Part shown: in pieces, positions 37,969-48,285 of the stretch
How positions within the stretch are numbered: the stretch's first letter is position 1
How the letters are laid out: every line of letters begins with the position of its first letter
From: Minisyncoccota bacterium
GTDB taxonomy: Bacteria > Patescibacteriota > Minisyncoccia > Phycocordibacterales > DASSSU01
Direction of reading: 5' to 3'
Length of the DNA: 64,000 nt
Assembly (NCBI GenBank): GCA_035708305.1
Contig: DASSSU010000020.1
Coordinates: 8,481-72,480 of the forward strand
Position numbers and translations under genes: made by a program
The notes under the pieces: generated by a model
What the model saw: the letters and a program-made list of their open reading frames with translations, nothing else
Databases searched by the model: none
Told to the model about the DNA's origin: nothing

Positions 37969-40506
37969 CTATGGTTTTTTCACCTGTGATGTTCCGGAAG
38001 CAGAGCTTTCGGTAGAGTTTGGGATGCTTTCTGTAGAATTGACAGCCGCATGAGTGAAGGGTGATTTCCCCGCTTTCAGATCCCCAAGAATGTTTTTTAC
38101 ATCTGCACTGTCCGGATTCATTTTTTGAAGATTTTCAAAAATACTGACCGCCTGCTGATGTTCGCCCAATCGCTCATACGAAAGTCCGAGATAGTATTCC
38201 GCATTGGCGTATGTCGGGACAAGAGCAATGGACTGCAAGAGCGCCTTCTCTGCCATGTCATATTCCCCATTTTGATATTCCAAAAATCCCAGCTGGAACC
38301 AAAGCGTTGGATCGTTCTGTACCAAAGAAGCAGCGTGTGCGAGAGAATCAGCTGCACCCTGCGTGTCGTTCAAAGCAATCTGGAGACTCGCCTGCTCCAC
38401 ATAGGCATCTGCATAGTTAGATTTTTCTCGGAGAGCATTTTTCAGGTATGTTTGTGCCTGAGCGGTGTTGTTTTGCGTACGTTCCAAACGTGCCATGTCC
38501 AGATATGCCTCCGGAGAATACGGAGAGAAAGTAAAGACATGGGAATAAAAGGCGTTTGACGCTTCATACGCGCCGGAGACGTGAAGTGAGGCGAAAAAAC
38601 GGTAGAGGTTTCCGAGGAAGAGCCAGTTTTGGTAATTGGTCGGATCAAGGTCTTTCGCCGTCTGCGCATCTGTGATCGCCTGTTCAAAGATCTTCTGGAA
38701 ATTATCCATGTCAACCGACTTGCCAGAAGCAGAAGCCTGCTGTTCGATCTGCTGCATTTGCATGACGCTAATTTCTGAAAGTCCGCGGTAGTATGCATCG
38801 ACTTTATCAAGCTTGGCGGCTTTTGAAATTTCCGCCCGTGCCTCCGCGAGATTCTTATTTTGGGTGTAGGCAGTGGTACCTTTTTGAAAAGCTACGGCGG
38901 CACGGTATTTTTGTACGGTCAGATAGATACCGCCAAGAGAGACAATGAGCAGCACAACGAGAATACCGGTGAATGCTGTTTTCGTTTTGCCGGGCACAGA
39001 AAATTCACATTGAGAGAGTTTGACAATCTGCTCCTGCCCCAGAAAAGCAATCAGCATACCCAGCAAGGCAAATGCCAAAGCAGTTACTGCAAGTCCCGGC
39101 GTATAAAACAAAAGCACTCCCCACAGATACCAGACCATCAGATACAAGGTAAGAAACATTTTTTTGCCGGAAGAAGACAGTGCTCGCGAGAAAAACCCCC
39201 GCTTCCCTTCGTAGATCATTCCTGCAAGAAGAACAAGCAGTGAAAAAATCCCGAGCCACCCTTGCGTAATCCCGCGCGTTCCAAAGAAACTGACGGCTGA
39301 CTGGAAATCTACGTTCCACCACGGGGTCAAATTCACCGCTTGGGACTTGTACTGCGCCCAGTCTTTGAAAAATGTTCCCGGACCAGTGCCAAACAGCGCG
39401 TGGGTTATCCCCGTATGTGCAACGTCTCCCGAAATTTGAACCGTGGTCTTCCACGATGGCCGCGCTTGAGCGGTGCTATCCATTCCGGTCAAATGCGAAA
39501 GAGCGGGGTTGATGCGCGGACCAAATACCAGAAAAATTATGGAAAAAAGAAAAACAAAAGCGGGAAAAAATACCGAGCGAAGAAAAATACCCTGCTTTGT
39601 TTTTGGGGTGTGCTCTCTCTTTTTTACCAGCCAAGAAAAAAGGAAAGGGATGGAAACTCCCTCTTGCGACAAGCCAGTGAGTAAAAGAACAGCCGAAAAG
39701 AACACGAGCAGCCAGAGCACCACCGGCAGCGAAAAAACTGCCAGAGCAATGAGTGATATCACCACCATAAGAGATGCTGCGATTTGCAACGCACTTTTTT
39801 TCCAGAAAAACTGCTGAAGACACAGCCCTACCAAAACCGAAAAGCCGAAGAAAACCGGCACGTCATACCATCCGCCAAAAATCGTTTGATACGCCCCGGT
39901 AAAGTATCCCAAAGAAAGAAACGAAGCTCCGAAGATCAAACGAAGCGCATGAAAGAGCGTTAGCAAGAGGAATAGAAGAAAAAAAGCGAAGAAAAAAACT
40001 TGAACATGCTTCCGTTCAAAGTACCGTGCCGAAAGAAAAGCGAGAAGCGAAAAAATTACCGTAAAAAGAAAGGTGTCTGTCTGGATTCCCCGTCCAAAGA
40101 GCGCATAACTCCACGAGGAAGAAACAAGTGAAGAAAGAAATGCTGAGAACACCAGAAGTACCAAACCTACCCACACAAAGCTTTTTGGGAACGAAAAACG
40201 CAAAGCTCTGAGACTGGAAAAAATCCACAGACAAAAAGCCGCTAAGATGAGAATCCCCAGCAAAGCCCCCTTTGAAGTCTCAAGCAAAAGTCCGGGAATT
40301 GGTACAAAAAAAATCGAAACAAAAAAAACCGCTGCCCACAAGCATCCGCTCGAAATCTTTTCCAATAGCGTCTTCGTGTGTATTCGCGAAGAAGGGGGCA
40401 CTCGATGTGAGTGTTCGGAAATTTCTGAAAGCTCTTCTCGCGAATGTTCGTGCGCCGAAGCTCTCACCTTTTTTTCATAAATGCTCTGTATTCTTCTTTC
40501 GTTCAT
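37969..40506 (-). CDS. Polytopic membrane protein (O-antigen ligase/oligosaccharyltransferase-like) with C-terminal TPRs
   Basis: Many TMs, loop motif LFGTGPGTF, TPR repeats (YANAEYYLGLSY). Confidence 0.75.
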   Translation of the reverse strand: MNERRIQSIYEKKVRASAHEHSREELSEISEHSHRVPPSSRIHTKTLLEKISSGCLWAAVFFVSIFFVPIPGLLLETSKGALLGILILAAFCLWIFSSLRALRFSFPKSFVWVGLVLLVFSAFLSSLVSSSWSYALFGRGIQTDTFLFTVIFSLLAFLSARYFERKHVQVFFFAFFLLFLLLTLFHALRLIFGASFLSLGYFTGAYQTIFGGWYDVPVFFGFSVLVGLCLQQFFWKKSALQIAASLMVVISLIALAVFSLPVVLWLLVFFSAVLLLTGLSQEGVSIPFLFSWLVKKREHTPKTKQGIFLRSVFFPAFVFLFSIIFLVFGPRINPALSHLTGMDSTAQARPSWKTTVQISGDVAHTGITHALFGTGPGTFFKDWAQYKSQAVNLTPWWNVDFQSAVSFFGTRGITQGWLGIFSLLVLLAGMIYEGKRGFFSRALSSSGKKMFLTLYLMVWYLWGVLLFYTPGLAVTALAFALLGMLIAFLGQEQIVKLSQCEFSVPGKTKTAFTGILVVLLIVSLGGIYLTVQKYRAAVAFQKGTTAYTQNKNLAEARAEISKAAKLDKVDAYYRGLSEISVMQMQQIEQQASASGKSVDMDNFQKIFEQAITDAQTAKDLDPTNYQNWLFLGNLYRFFASLHVSGAYEASNAFYSHVFTFSPYSPEAYLDMARLERTQNNTAQAQTYLKNALREKSNYADAYVEQASLQIALNDTQGAADSLAHAASLVQNDPTLWFQLGFLEYQNGEYDMAEKALLQSIALVPTYANAEYYLGLSYERLGEHQQAVSIFENLQKMNPDSADVKNILGDLKAGKSPFTHAAVNSTESIPNSTESSASGTSQVKKP

Positions 40507-40608
40507 AGGAGTATGCCGTTGTCATTATCATACCGTATATTTCCCTTCCGCAATAGCTGAACAAAATCCACAGTGGGGATTCTCTGGCTTCAGCGTTTTT
40601 TATCTTCT

Positions 40609-41727
40609 TTAGCGTTCGTTCAAAGAGAGCTCCATGTTTTCGCGGTGCGTCACGCGGCCATATTTGCGCATTCCCATTAAAATACCGAGTGCCCCCATTT
40701 CTGTCACCAAGTGCGAGCCCCCATACGAGAGAAACGGAATGGTTGTTCCTGTTACCGGCAGAAGTCCAATGTTGATTCCCACATGCACGATAATGTGCGC
40801 CATGAGGAGGATGGCCACACCTGCACCATAGAGGATTTCAAAGTTCGTCTCCCCTAGCATGGCGTTGTGAAGAATCCGCCAAATCACGATGCCGAATAGC
40901 AGAAAAAGAATCAGCACGCCGAGAAACCCCCATTCCTCCGCAAAAGAAGCAAAAATAAAGTCGGTCTCATGCTCTGGCAAGAAGTTAAGCCGAGACTGCG
41001 TGCCATAACCGATTCCTTCTCCCAAAAGCTCGCCGGAACCGACCGCGATCATGGACTGGTACGCGTTATATCCTGCCCCACGCGTGTCCGACATCGGATG
41101 AAGAAAGGTCAAGATACGCGCTTTTTGGTAATCCTTAAAAAGAAAGAGCCATGCGCCTCCGAGTGCTACCGCTCCGATGAGCACCACCGCCAAAAGATGC
41201 TTTTTTGAAATTCCCGAGACCAGCACCATGCCAAACCAGATCGCGGCAATGATGATCGCTGAGCCAAAGTCCGGCTGGAGCGCGATCAAGGCAAACAAGA
41301 TGAGAGTATATGCGCCGGAGACAAGAATATGCCGGATATTTGCAATGTCCACATGGCGCCGGGAAAAATATTTCGCAAGGACCAAAATTAAAACAATTTT
41401 GATCGGATCCGTCGGTTGGATAGAAAAGAGACCAATACTCACCCAGCTCTGTGCTCCGTTCACCACTCTTCCAAAAACCAGCAAAACCGCCAAAATACCG
41501 CAACCGGCAGCGTAGAGTGAAACAAGCACTCCGGTTCTCCTCAAAAAACGAAAATCCATGAAAGAGAACGCAAAAAAAACCACAAAAGAAACTCCAATCC
41601 AAAAAAGCTGCTTGGTAAAAAAGCTGGACTGGCCGCTGAAAGAGTTCATTGTAATCAGTCCCGCCAGCATAAGCGGTATGATCGCCGCCACCAGCAGCCA
41701 ATCGATTTTTGCTCGAAATGAAAACAT
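40609..41727 (-). CDS. rodA: SEDS peptidoglycan polymerase RodA
   Basis: GAQSW, LQPDFGS, YQKARI, QSMIAVGSG, LPEHETDFIF, PFLSYGGS. Confidence 0.93.
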   Translation of the reverse strand: MFSFRAKIDWLLVAAIIPLMLAGLITMNSFSGQSSFFTKQLFWIGVSFVVFFAFSFMDFRFLRRTGVLVSLYAAGCGILAVLLVFGRVVNGAQSWVSIGLFSIQPTDPIKIVLILVLAKYFSRRHVDIANIRHILVSGAYTLILFALIALQPDFGSAIIIAAIWFGMVLVSGISKKHLLAVVLIGAVALGGAWLFLFKDYQKARILTFLHPMSDTRGAGYNAYQSMIAVGSGELLGEGIGYGTQSRLNFLPEHETDFIFASFAEEWGFLGVLILFLLFGIVIWRILHNAMLGETNFEILYGAGVAILLMAHIIVHVGINIGLLPVTGTTIPFLSYGGSHLVTEMGALGILMGMRKYGRVTHRENMELSLNER

Positions 41728-41783
41728 TTTTTCTCTATATTTTTCTACTGTTCAATCCAACTTCCCAACATTATTCCGAAATT

Positions 41784-42566
41784 CTAATCCAAATTTTGTA
41801 TTTCAAAAACATTCACACGCGGAATGATTTCAATCCTTGAAGCTTGTCCAGAAAAAGGCTGAGGCCAGGTGAAGTATGCCTGCGCATCGGAGGTGCGCGG
41901 AAAATTGTCAATGTAGGTTGAAGATGAACCAATCGCGTTTCCGTTGATATCATACACCACCGCCACGACCTGGATGTTGCTGATGTCTGTAAGTGCCGGG
42001 TTATGGAGTGTGACCGTGAGCCGCGGAGCGGTATCAGCATCCGTGAGCGTGCGGCTGACGACTTCGATTTTCGGGGCAGCCTGTGGTGCCCTCTCCCAGG
42101 TGGGCGAACTCTCGAATTCCAGGAAGGTACGTGCAGGAATCTGGTATTTCGTATCAATCCGCGGTTCAAAGATCACAAACCGCTCTCCCGGATTGACAAA
42201 GGTAGTGCCACTGCGGGTGGTAATGAGAATGTTGTTTTGATCGTAAATTTTAAAGGTATAGTGCACCTGCTCAATACCCGCTTGATCATTTTTGTTTTCC
42301 ACGTAGGCAACGGCATTGTACACACCATCAGACACCTGGAATGTTCGATCCCAGTCCACCACGAGATCACCGTTTCCTTTGGCACACAAAAGCTCGCAAG
42401 GACCGCCGCAGTCCGGGCCTTCCTCGCCCTGATTTTGCTTGTGGTCAAAGCACGACGGCGGGCGGTAAGTTTTGACCAACGTGAAGGCTGTCACCGGAAG
42501 AAAAATGAGCAAGAAAACCGCAAGAAAGTAGAGGAATTTTCTTTTTGCTGCCCAAGAGATTGTCAT
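41784..42566 (-). CDS. Membrane-anchored protein with Cys-rich SCFD...DCGGPC motif and two Ig-like (FxLYD-like) domains
   Basis: N-terminal TM; PSCFDHKQNQGEEGPDCGGPC; VVYDINGNAIG. Confidence 0.7.
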   Translation of the reverse strand: MTISWAAKRKFLYFLAVFLLIFLPVTAFTLVKTYRPPSCFDHKQNQGEEGPDCGGPCELLCAKGNGDLVVDWDRTFQVSDGVYNAVAYVENKNDQAGIEQVHYTFKIYDQNNILITTRSGTTFVNPGERFVIFEPRIDTKYQIPARTFLEFESSPTWERAPQAAPKIEVVSRTLTDADTAPRLTVTLHNPALTDISNIQVVAVVYDINGNAIGSSSTYIDNFPRTSDAQAYFTWPQPFSGQASRIEIIPRVNVFEIQNLD

Positions 42567-42639
42567 AGAAATATTGTATCAAAAACCAAGCCGCTCTTCC
42601 ATTTCTTCGCTTCCGATCTTCAGCCGTTTTCTACTTGCG

Positions 42640-43419
42640 TTATTTTTTCGCAGCAACACGGTCACCGATTTCCATAATTTTGCCAAAAATTTCGGCACTG
42701 AGACTCGCCCGTCCCACCAAAAGTCCATCCGCCTGCCCATCGCCCAAGAATTCTTCCGTGTTTTTGTCATCCACTGAACCGCCGTAGAGAAACATCGTTT
42801 GGTCGGCATTTTCTTTTCCAAATTTATCTGTGAGAACACGTTTAACGAAAATCTTCATTTCAAAGACATCTCCCGGAGTTGCCGGACGAAGGGCGTTCTT
42901 CCCGATCGCCCAAATCGGCTCGTACGCGATCACCAGCTGGCTGAGATCCGTTTTGGCAATTTTTGAAAGATCGTTCAGAAGCTGCATCTCTACCGTGCGA
43001 AGGTATTTTCCATCACGATCACGCTTCTCTTCCCCTACGCAAAGAATTACCTTAAGACCGCTCGCCATTGCTGCCTTTATTTTCTGTGAAATATCTTCAT
43101 CGCCCTCCCCAGCAGCGCGGCGTTCGGAATGTCCCAAAATCACGTACGGCACCTTCATACTCGCAATCTGTACAGCTGAGATCTCGCCGGTGTGTGCTCC
43201 GGATACCGCCGCATGGCAGTTTTGCGCACCCAGCACACAGCGCTTTCCAGTAACCAGCTTTCGCAAATCTCCCAAAAAAAGAGATGGCGGACAAATCACC
43301 GTGTCGGCATTTTTGAGCTTTGCCGCTTTGGTTTTTATTTTCGTAAAGGTGGTTCGCGCTTCGGCTGCGGTCTCCGGGTTCATCTTCCAGTTGCCGACGA
43401 TGAGTTTCTTTTTTGTCAT
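42640..43419 (-). CDS. tpiA: Triosephosphate isomerase
   Basis: GNWKMN, GHSERR, AYEPIWAIG, YGGSV, LVGRASL. Confidence 0.97.
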   Translation of the reverse strand: MTKKKLIVGNWKMNPETAAEARTTFTKIKTKAAKLKNADTVICPPSLFLGDLRKLVTGKRCVLGAQNCHAAVSGAHTGEISAVQIASMKVPYVILGHSERRAAGEGDEDISQKIKAAMASGLKVILCVGEEKRDRDGKYLRTVEMQLLNDLSKIAKTDLSQLVIAYEPIWAIGKNALRPATPGDVFEMKIFVKRVLTDKFGKENADQTMFLYGGSVDDKNTEEFLGDGQADGLLVGRASLSAEIFGKIMEIGDRVAAKK

Positions 43420-43475
43420 ATGTCTGCCAGTATAACACGAATCAGAAACGAAGAAGCAGAAAAATTTGTCCAAAT

Positions 43476-44807
43476 TTACTCTACTTCTTTCCAGGAAGAA
43501 ATTCCCCAGGAACCTTGTGCGCCGGGAAACGTGATGGATTTCAAGCCGTCTTCATACACCAAATCCGCCCCTCCGGACATGACGATGGAATATCCGGTGA
43601 TTTCATGCACACTCACACCGCCACTCAACGAAATATTTCCATGAGGCGCGTATAAAACTACTCCACCCAGTGCCCCACCGCTGATGTTGATCGCGTTCAC
43701 ACTTCCGCCATCTTCACCGCTCTGATTTTGCGAAACAAAAATCACGTACGAACCCTCCGTTCCCGAACCATAAATCTTCGCCCCGCCACTCGCATTGATC
43801 GTGCCATCAGAACCTGGATTGGAAGTGTCATCCGCAATAATCGGCACACTCGCTGTCCCGAGACTTGGATCAACTTTTATCTCTCCTCCTCCCCCAACCG
43901 AAATATTGCCGTTCACCCACACCGGACCAGTGAGAACCAGTACTGCGCTACCCGCAAGGCTTACATTACAATTGATTTTTATATTTCCGATCGTCGTCGT
44001 GGAAGTCGGACTGTACGGACAAGGACCATTGTATACACTGCCGCTTTCGGCTTCTTGCTCCCACCCATCGATCGTCGCGTCCGAAATTGGCATCGTCGCA
44101 AGCGGCTGATCTGGACTGTCCGGATGCTTAGCACCATACACCAAAACATTCGTAAGGTTTTGGGAATAAAATGCATCGCCGGAGATGTTGGAGTTGTCGA
44201 TGCTGTGGGCATACACGTTCCCCCCGGCATCCACATGAGAAACACTTCCCTCCGGACCCGCGGAAACCACATCTCCCGAGATCGAAAGACGATAGCCACC
44301 TCCCGTTACCAGACCGTTTGAATATACATTGCCGGTAATGGTGGCGCCGCCCTTGATATAAATTCCGCCCTCTCCTGCCTGAGCACCCGAACCAAACGAC
44401 GTTCCTGCGCCAACTGTTCCATCTGCCGACACTTTGCGCACCGCATCTCCCGCAAGCGCACTGGAGAGGAGACCTACTTCCGTTGCAGAAATCGACTGCA
44501 CCGTGGTGGTTGCGACCGTTCCGTTCAAACTCAAAACTTCCGTATCCTGATCCGGTATGTCCGAGTGATCCAGACGGTACAGAGCATCTTCCATTCCCGA
44601 TTGCGCCGTGTAGAAAGCCTGGTCGGAATCCATGTTTTCCCGAGTGTTCTGTGCCCGAGACCCCAGTACCCCCGAAAAGCCGATGACCACGGCGGTGAAA
44701 AACGCAAGAAAGAAAAACACGACCAGCAGAAGCGCAAACCCTCCGTCTGTTCTCGGATGATTTTGTTTTGGCTTATCGTGCCTTAAGTGCTGATGTTCTT
44801 TTTTCAT
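43476..44807 (-). CDS. PilX-like minor pilin with beta-helix/Gly-rich C-terminal domain
   Basis: G|FALLL leader without Glu5; QAFYTAQSGMEDAL; ends SWKEVE. Confidence 0.8.
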   Translation of the reverse strand: MKKEHQHLRHDKPKQNHPRTDGGFALLLVVFFFLAFFTAVVIGFSGVLGSRAQNTRENMDSDQAFYTAQSGMEDALYRLDHSDIPDQDTEVLSLNGTVATTTVQSISATEVGLLSSALAGDAVRKVSADGTVGAGTSFGSGAQAGEGGIYIKGGATITGNVYSNGLVTGGGYRLSISGDVVSAGPEGSVSHVDAGGNVYAHSIDNSNISGDAFYSQNLTNVLVYGAKHPDSPDQPLATMPISDATIDGWEQEAESGSVYNGPCPYSPTSTTTIGNIKINCNVSLAGSAVLVLTGPVWVNGNISVGGGGEIKVDPSLGTASVPIIADDTSNPGSDGTINASGGAKIYGSGTEGSYVIFVSQNQSGEDGGSVNAINISGGALGGVVLYAPHGNISLSGGVSVHEITGYSIVMSGGADLVYEDGLKSITFPGAQGSWGISSWKEVE

Positions 44808-44827
44808 GCTCTTTGATTTTCCGCGGT

Positions 44828-45409
44828 TTATGATTCCTGATTCCTGAACAGAATCGTATTTTCAAAATGTTCGGCAGATGCTCCCTCTCCGCCCAAGGTC
44901 AAATCAACCTTCACTCCACTCCCGTGTTTGGCAGAAAGTTCGTTCACTGAAAATTGTGTCACGGGCGTATCGTTTCGCGTGAGCGCCACCCCCGCCGCAT
45001 CACCTTCAGAAATTTCAAGCATGCCGTTTTGTAGAAAAAAACTGATGGTTGTATCACTTCCTTGATCGTCCGTTGTATTTAAAACCAGTTTTCCCGTATT
45101 CGTCCCAAAAGTGCTCTTGCTCTCGTCTACGGATTTCGCTCTTCTGATTTCGTACGCCATTCGATCCATCCCCACTTGTGCAGAAGACAAAATATGCTCC
45201 GAAACACGAAGATCGGAAAAATTTTTCATAGAGGATACGAGCGATTCGATTGCCAAAACTGAAACTGCGCTAAAAATTGCCAAGTATGCAACAAGTTCAA
45301 TCACGGTAAAACCACCACAAAATTTTTTTTGCGGATTTCCTTCGCGAGAAATTAGATTTCCAGAAGGAAAGTTTGAAGAACGAAATGGCTTTTTTTTCAT
45401 ATCAATCAT
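44828..45409 (-). CDS. Type IV minor pilin (PilW/PulJ-like)
   Basis: G|FTVIELVAY; RMAYEIRRA. Confidence 0.85.
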   Translation of the reverse strand: MIDMKKKPFRSSNFPSGNLISREGNPQKKFCGGFTVIELVAYLAIFSAVSVLAIESLVSSMKNFSDLRVSEHILSSAQVGMDRMAYEIRRAKSVDESKSTFGTNTGKLVLNTTDDQGSDTTISFFLQNGMLEISEGDAAGVALTRNDTPVTQFSVNELSAKHGSGVKVDLTLGGEGASAEHFENTILFRNQES

Positions 45410-45902
45410 TGTACAAATCCATCACATACGCCTGAAGTGACCGCGTACTCGTGCTTTGCCCGGAGGAATTCTTCCACGCTACCGACACGGTCACTTTTTT
45501 GGCGCCGGGATCAAGCGCTCCCGAGGAAGCGATATTTCCGTTCGCATCACGGTATACGTCTTCGAGTTCAAATGTCCGCGACAGCTTTCCGTCGATCACC
45601 ACAGGCGTCGTGGTCGCTGTCCAGTCGGTGCCGTCAAAAATGAGAAAATACGGTGTGCTGGTGGCAAGTGAAGCAAGATTCCCACGAAAGCTCTCGTTCC
45701 GGAGAAACTGTACCGCCTCCATTCCTTCTTCAAGCAAATACCCGGCCTTGCTTTCCAAAAGCGCCTGACTCTCCTGCTTCGCCGCAACGGAAAAGTATTT
45801 TGCGATCGCCAAGAAAAGAATCGTGAGTACCGAAACCGCCACAATGATCTCGATCATGCTGAAGCCGGCTGTTTGAGAATTTTGCAAATTTTTCTTCATC
45901 AT
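45402..45902 (-). CDS. Type IV minor pilin (PilV-like)
   Basis: G|FSMIEIIVA; KKVTVSVAW. Confidence 0.85.
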   Translation of the reverse strand: MMKKNLQNSQTAGFSMIEIIVAVSVLTILFLAIAKYFSVAAKQESQALLESKAGYLLEEGMEAVQFLRNESFRGNLASLATSTPYFLIFDGTDWTATTTPVVIDGKLSRTFELEDVYRDANGNIASSGALDPGAKKVTVSVAWKNSSGQSTSTRSLQAYVMDLYND

Positions 45903-46384
45903 TCGTTTTCTTGAAGTTCCACTTTTCCGGTGGTAGCAATTTCAAAAACCACCTTTTCGGTCGGATCGGTAACTACCCGAAGTGTGAAAGTCCCCGCATT
46001 TTTTGTCGTCCCTGTGAGCCGGTCAAACACCACATCCGAACCGCCGCCCGCAAGCGAAATATTGGCGATCTCAAGCGACGCCGGAAGCGCCGTGGTTTCT
46101 GTAGAAGTGGAAGTGTCAAACGCCGTTCCGCGGAAAAGCGAAATACTGGAAGTTGCCAAATGCACGCCGTAGTTCTCGCCGTTTTTTGATGCAAGCGTAT
46201 CCGTCCGTGCCTGGTCGAAAAGGGAGAAAAAAATCTCCGTTTGATTGTCCAAAATGCGCGCTGTGCGAAAGTGCGAAAGTGCGGCAATTCCTCCCGCAGC
46301 AAGCAACACGGCAATCCCCAAAACCGCCAGAAGTTCGATCAAGGTAAATCCACGCGAACGAGTTTTTTGGTTTTTGTGCCACAT
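45899..46384 (-). CDS. Type IV minor pilin (FimT/GspH-like)
   Basis: G|FTLIELL; QAR...YGVHLATS; VVFDRLTG. Confidence 0.85.
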   Translation of the reverse strand: MWHKNQKTRSRGFTLIELLAVLGIAVLLAAGGIAALSHFRTARILDNQTEIFFSLFDQARTDTLASKNGENYGVHLATSSISLFRGTAFDTSTSTETTALPASLEIANISLAGGGSDVVFDRLTGTTKNAGTFTLRVVTDPTEKVVFEIATTGKVELQENE

Positions 46385-46386
46385 TT

Positions 46387-46884
46387 TTATAAGCTCGTTT
46401 CCACTTTTCCGTCTTGGTCAATTTGGATGACGGATTTGAAAACCCGATTTTTTTTTGCCTCGATGGAAAATGATCCGTAGTTTGTCGTTTGACCAGACGG
46501 ACTCAGATACACGATGTCATTTTTGTCCGTACGAAGCGCCACTTCGGAAATCTGGAAAAGCGGGTTGATCGACCACACAATATTGCCTGGATCATTCGGA
46601 ACGTAGGAATCACCTTTGAAAAATACCAATGTGGAAGTTGCCAAATGCACGCCGTAGGTGTTTTGCGCCGGGGAGTGCATGGCTTGCAGCCGCGCCTGAA
46701 TGAGGATGGCCGAAGCATTCTGGGTCTCCTGCTCAAGCGCACGCGTCAGGTGAATATGCGAGAAAGATACGTACGCAATCAGCAGCACCATCGCGGTCAT
46801 TCCCATGAATGCAAACAATTCAATTACGGTAAAACCGCGGGAAAATGCTGCCTCTCGCTCAAGTTTTTTCTGCTGTGTATTCAT
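46387..46884 (-). CDS. Type IV minor pilin (FimT/GspH-like), paralog
   Basis: G|FTVIELF; QAR...YGVHLATS. Confidence 0.85.
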   Translation of the reverse strand: MNTQQKKLEREAAFSRGFTVIELFAFMGMTAMVLLIAYVSFSHIHLTRALEQETQNASAILIQARLQAMHSPAQNTYGVHLATSTLVFFKGDSYVPNDPGNIVWSINPLFQISEVALRTDKNDIVYLSPSGQTTNYGSFSIEAKKNRVFKSVIQIDQDGKVETSL

Positions 46885-46895
46885 GGCGTTTGAAA

Positions 46896-48107
46896 TTAAA
46901 TGCTGTTGGACAGCGAGTAAATCGGCGTAATCATCGAAACGGCAAAAAATCCAACGGCAGAAGCAATGACCAGCATGAGGATCGGCTCGATAATCGTAGA
47001 CATGTCCTTCGTTGCAATCTCCACTTCTCCTTCATAAAAAATCGCCAAGCGCTCCAGCATTTTGATCAGCTGCCCGGTTTCTTCTCCCACTTCCATCATT
47101 TCTCCCACCAAAAGCGGGAAGAGGTTGTCGTGCTCAGCAAACGCCTGGTGGATCGGCTCGCCCTTTTCCACACAAATGATCGCCTCGTCAATCACCTTTC
47201 GAAAGTACACGTTTGGCACCACTTGCCGGGTGATTTTCAGCGCTTCGATAACCTCCACTCCGGAAGCGAGCAGAGATGAAAACGTGCGGCTCATGTAGGC
47301 GGCATTCGATTCCTTCACGATGTTTTTGATCACCGGCACATACAAAACACAGAAGTGATACGTTCGCTTGCCTCTTTCCGTACGGAAGAACAAAAAAACC
47401 CCGATGATCACGGCAATAATGAGACCCAAGGCAAGAACCGTGTCTTTCGCCAAAAAGTTGGAAACGGCAATGATCATTCTCGTGGACGCCGGAAGCTGTG
47501 CGCCCAGAGAACTGAAAGTAGAAGTCAAGGTTGGGACCACAAAGATGAACATGAGAATTCCAATAACGACCATGGCAGAAATTACGATCGACGGATAGAT
47601 CATCGCACCGGTGATTTTTTTTCGCATGTTGTAGCTTTTTTCCAGCTGATTGCCCACTACTTCAAGTGATTGTGGAAGCGTTCCCGACTGTTCACCTGCG
47701 CGCACCATTGCCACAAAAAGCTCCGGAAATATTTTGGGGTATTTCGCCAAACCGGAGGAAAGTGTATTGCCGCTCTCAATGTTCTGCGCAAACTCGTCCA
47801 GCATTTTTTGCATTTTCGCGTTTTTGGTCTGGCGCCGAAGCACGCTGAGTGCGCGCGACATCGGAAGCCCTGCCTCCACCATCGCGGCAAGATTTCGCGC
47901 AAAAATAATTTTTTCACGCAGCTTGACCGTCGCGAGGAGATTGTTGAGGTCTTTGAAGTTCCATTTTTTTTCTTTGACTTCATGAATGGAGATGAGTTCC
48001 GTCCCGGCTTTTTTGAGATCCTCCTGAAGCGTGTAACGGTCTTTTGCCACCGTGGTCTTTTCCACCACAGCTCCGTTCACCGCTGCCTTGTACATAAACG
48101 TCGGCAT
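46896..48107 (-). CDS. pilC: Type IV pilus platform protein PilC / T2SS F family
   Basis: LAAMVEAGLP, AGEQSGTL, AMIYP, VGEETG, IIEP. Confidence 0.93.
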   Translation of the reverse strand: MPTFMYKAAVNGAVVEKTTVAKDRYTLQEDLKKAGTELISIHEVKEKKWNFKDLNNLLATVKLREKIIFARNLAAMVEAGLPMSRALSVLRRQTKNAKMQKMLDEFAQNIESGNTLSSGLAKYPKIFPELFVAMVRAGEQSGTLPQSLEVVGNQLEKSYNMRKKITGAMIYPSIVISAMVVIGILMFIFVVPTLTSTFSSLGAQLPASTRMIIAVSNFLAKDTVLALGLIIAVIIGVFLFFRTERGKRTYHFCVLYVPVIKNIVKESNAAYMSRTFSSLLASGVEVIEALKITRQVVPNVYFRKVIDEAIICVEKGEPIHQAFAEHDNLFPLLVGEMMEVGEETGQLIKMLERLAIFYEGEVEIATKDMSTIIEPILMLVIASAVGFFAVSMITPIYSLSNSI

Positions 48108-48285
48108 AAAGAAGCTTTTTTGATACTTCCATTATGACATAAACTTTGAAAATAAACGGGGTGTTGATTGCGAAATGTGTGGAAAAGTGATAAAGTTGAG
48201 CCATTCACAAGTTTTCCACCAAGCAATTCAATATTTCTTTTTGTGAACGAGTCTTGGCTAAAGAGGCTTGTTTTTGTTTTTCTCT

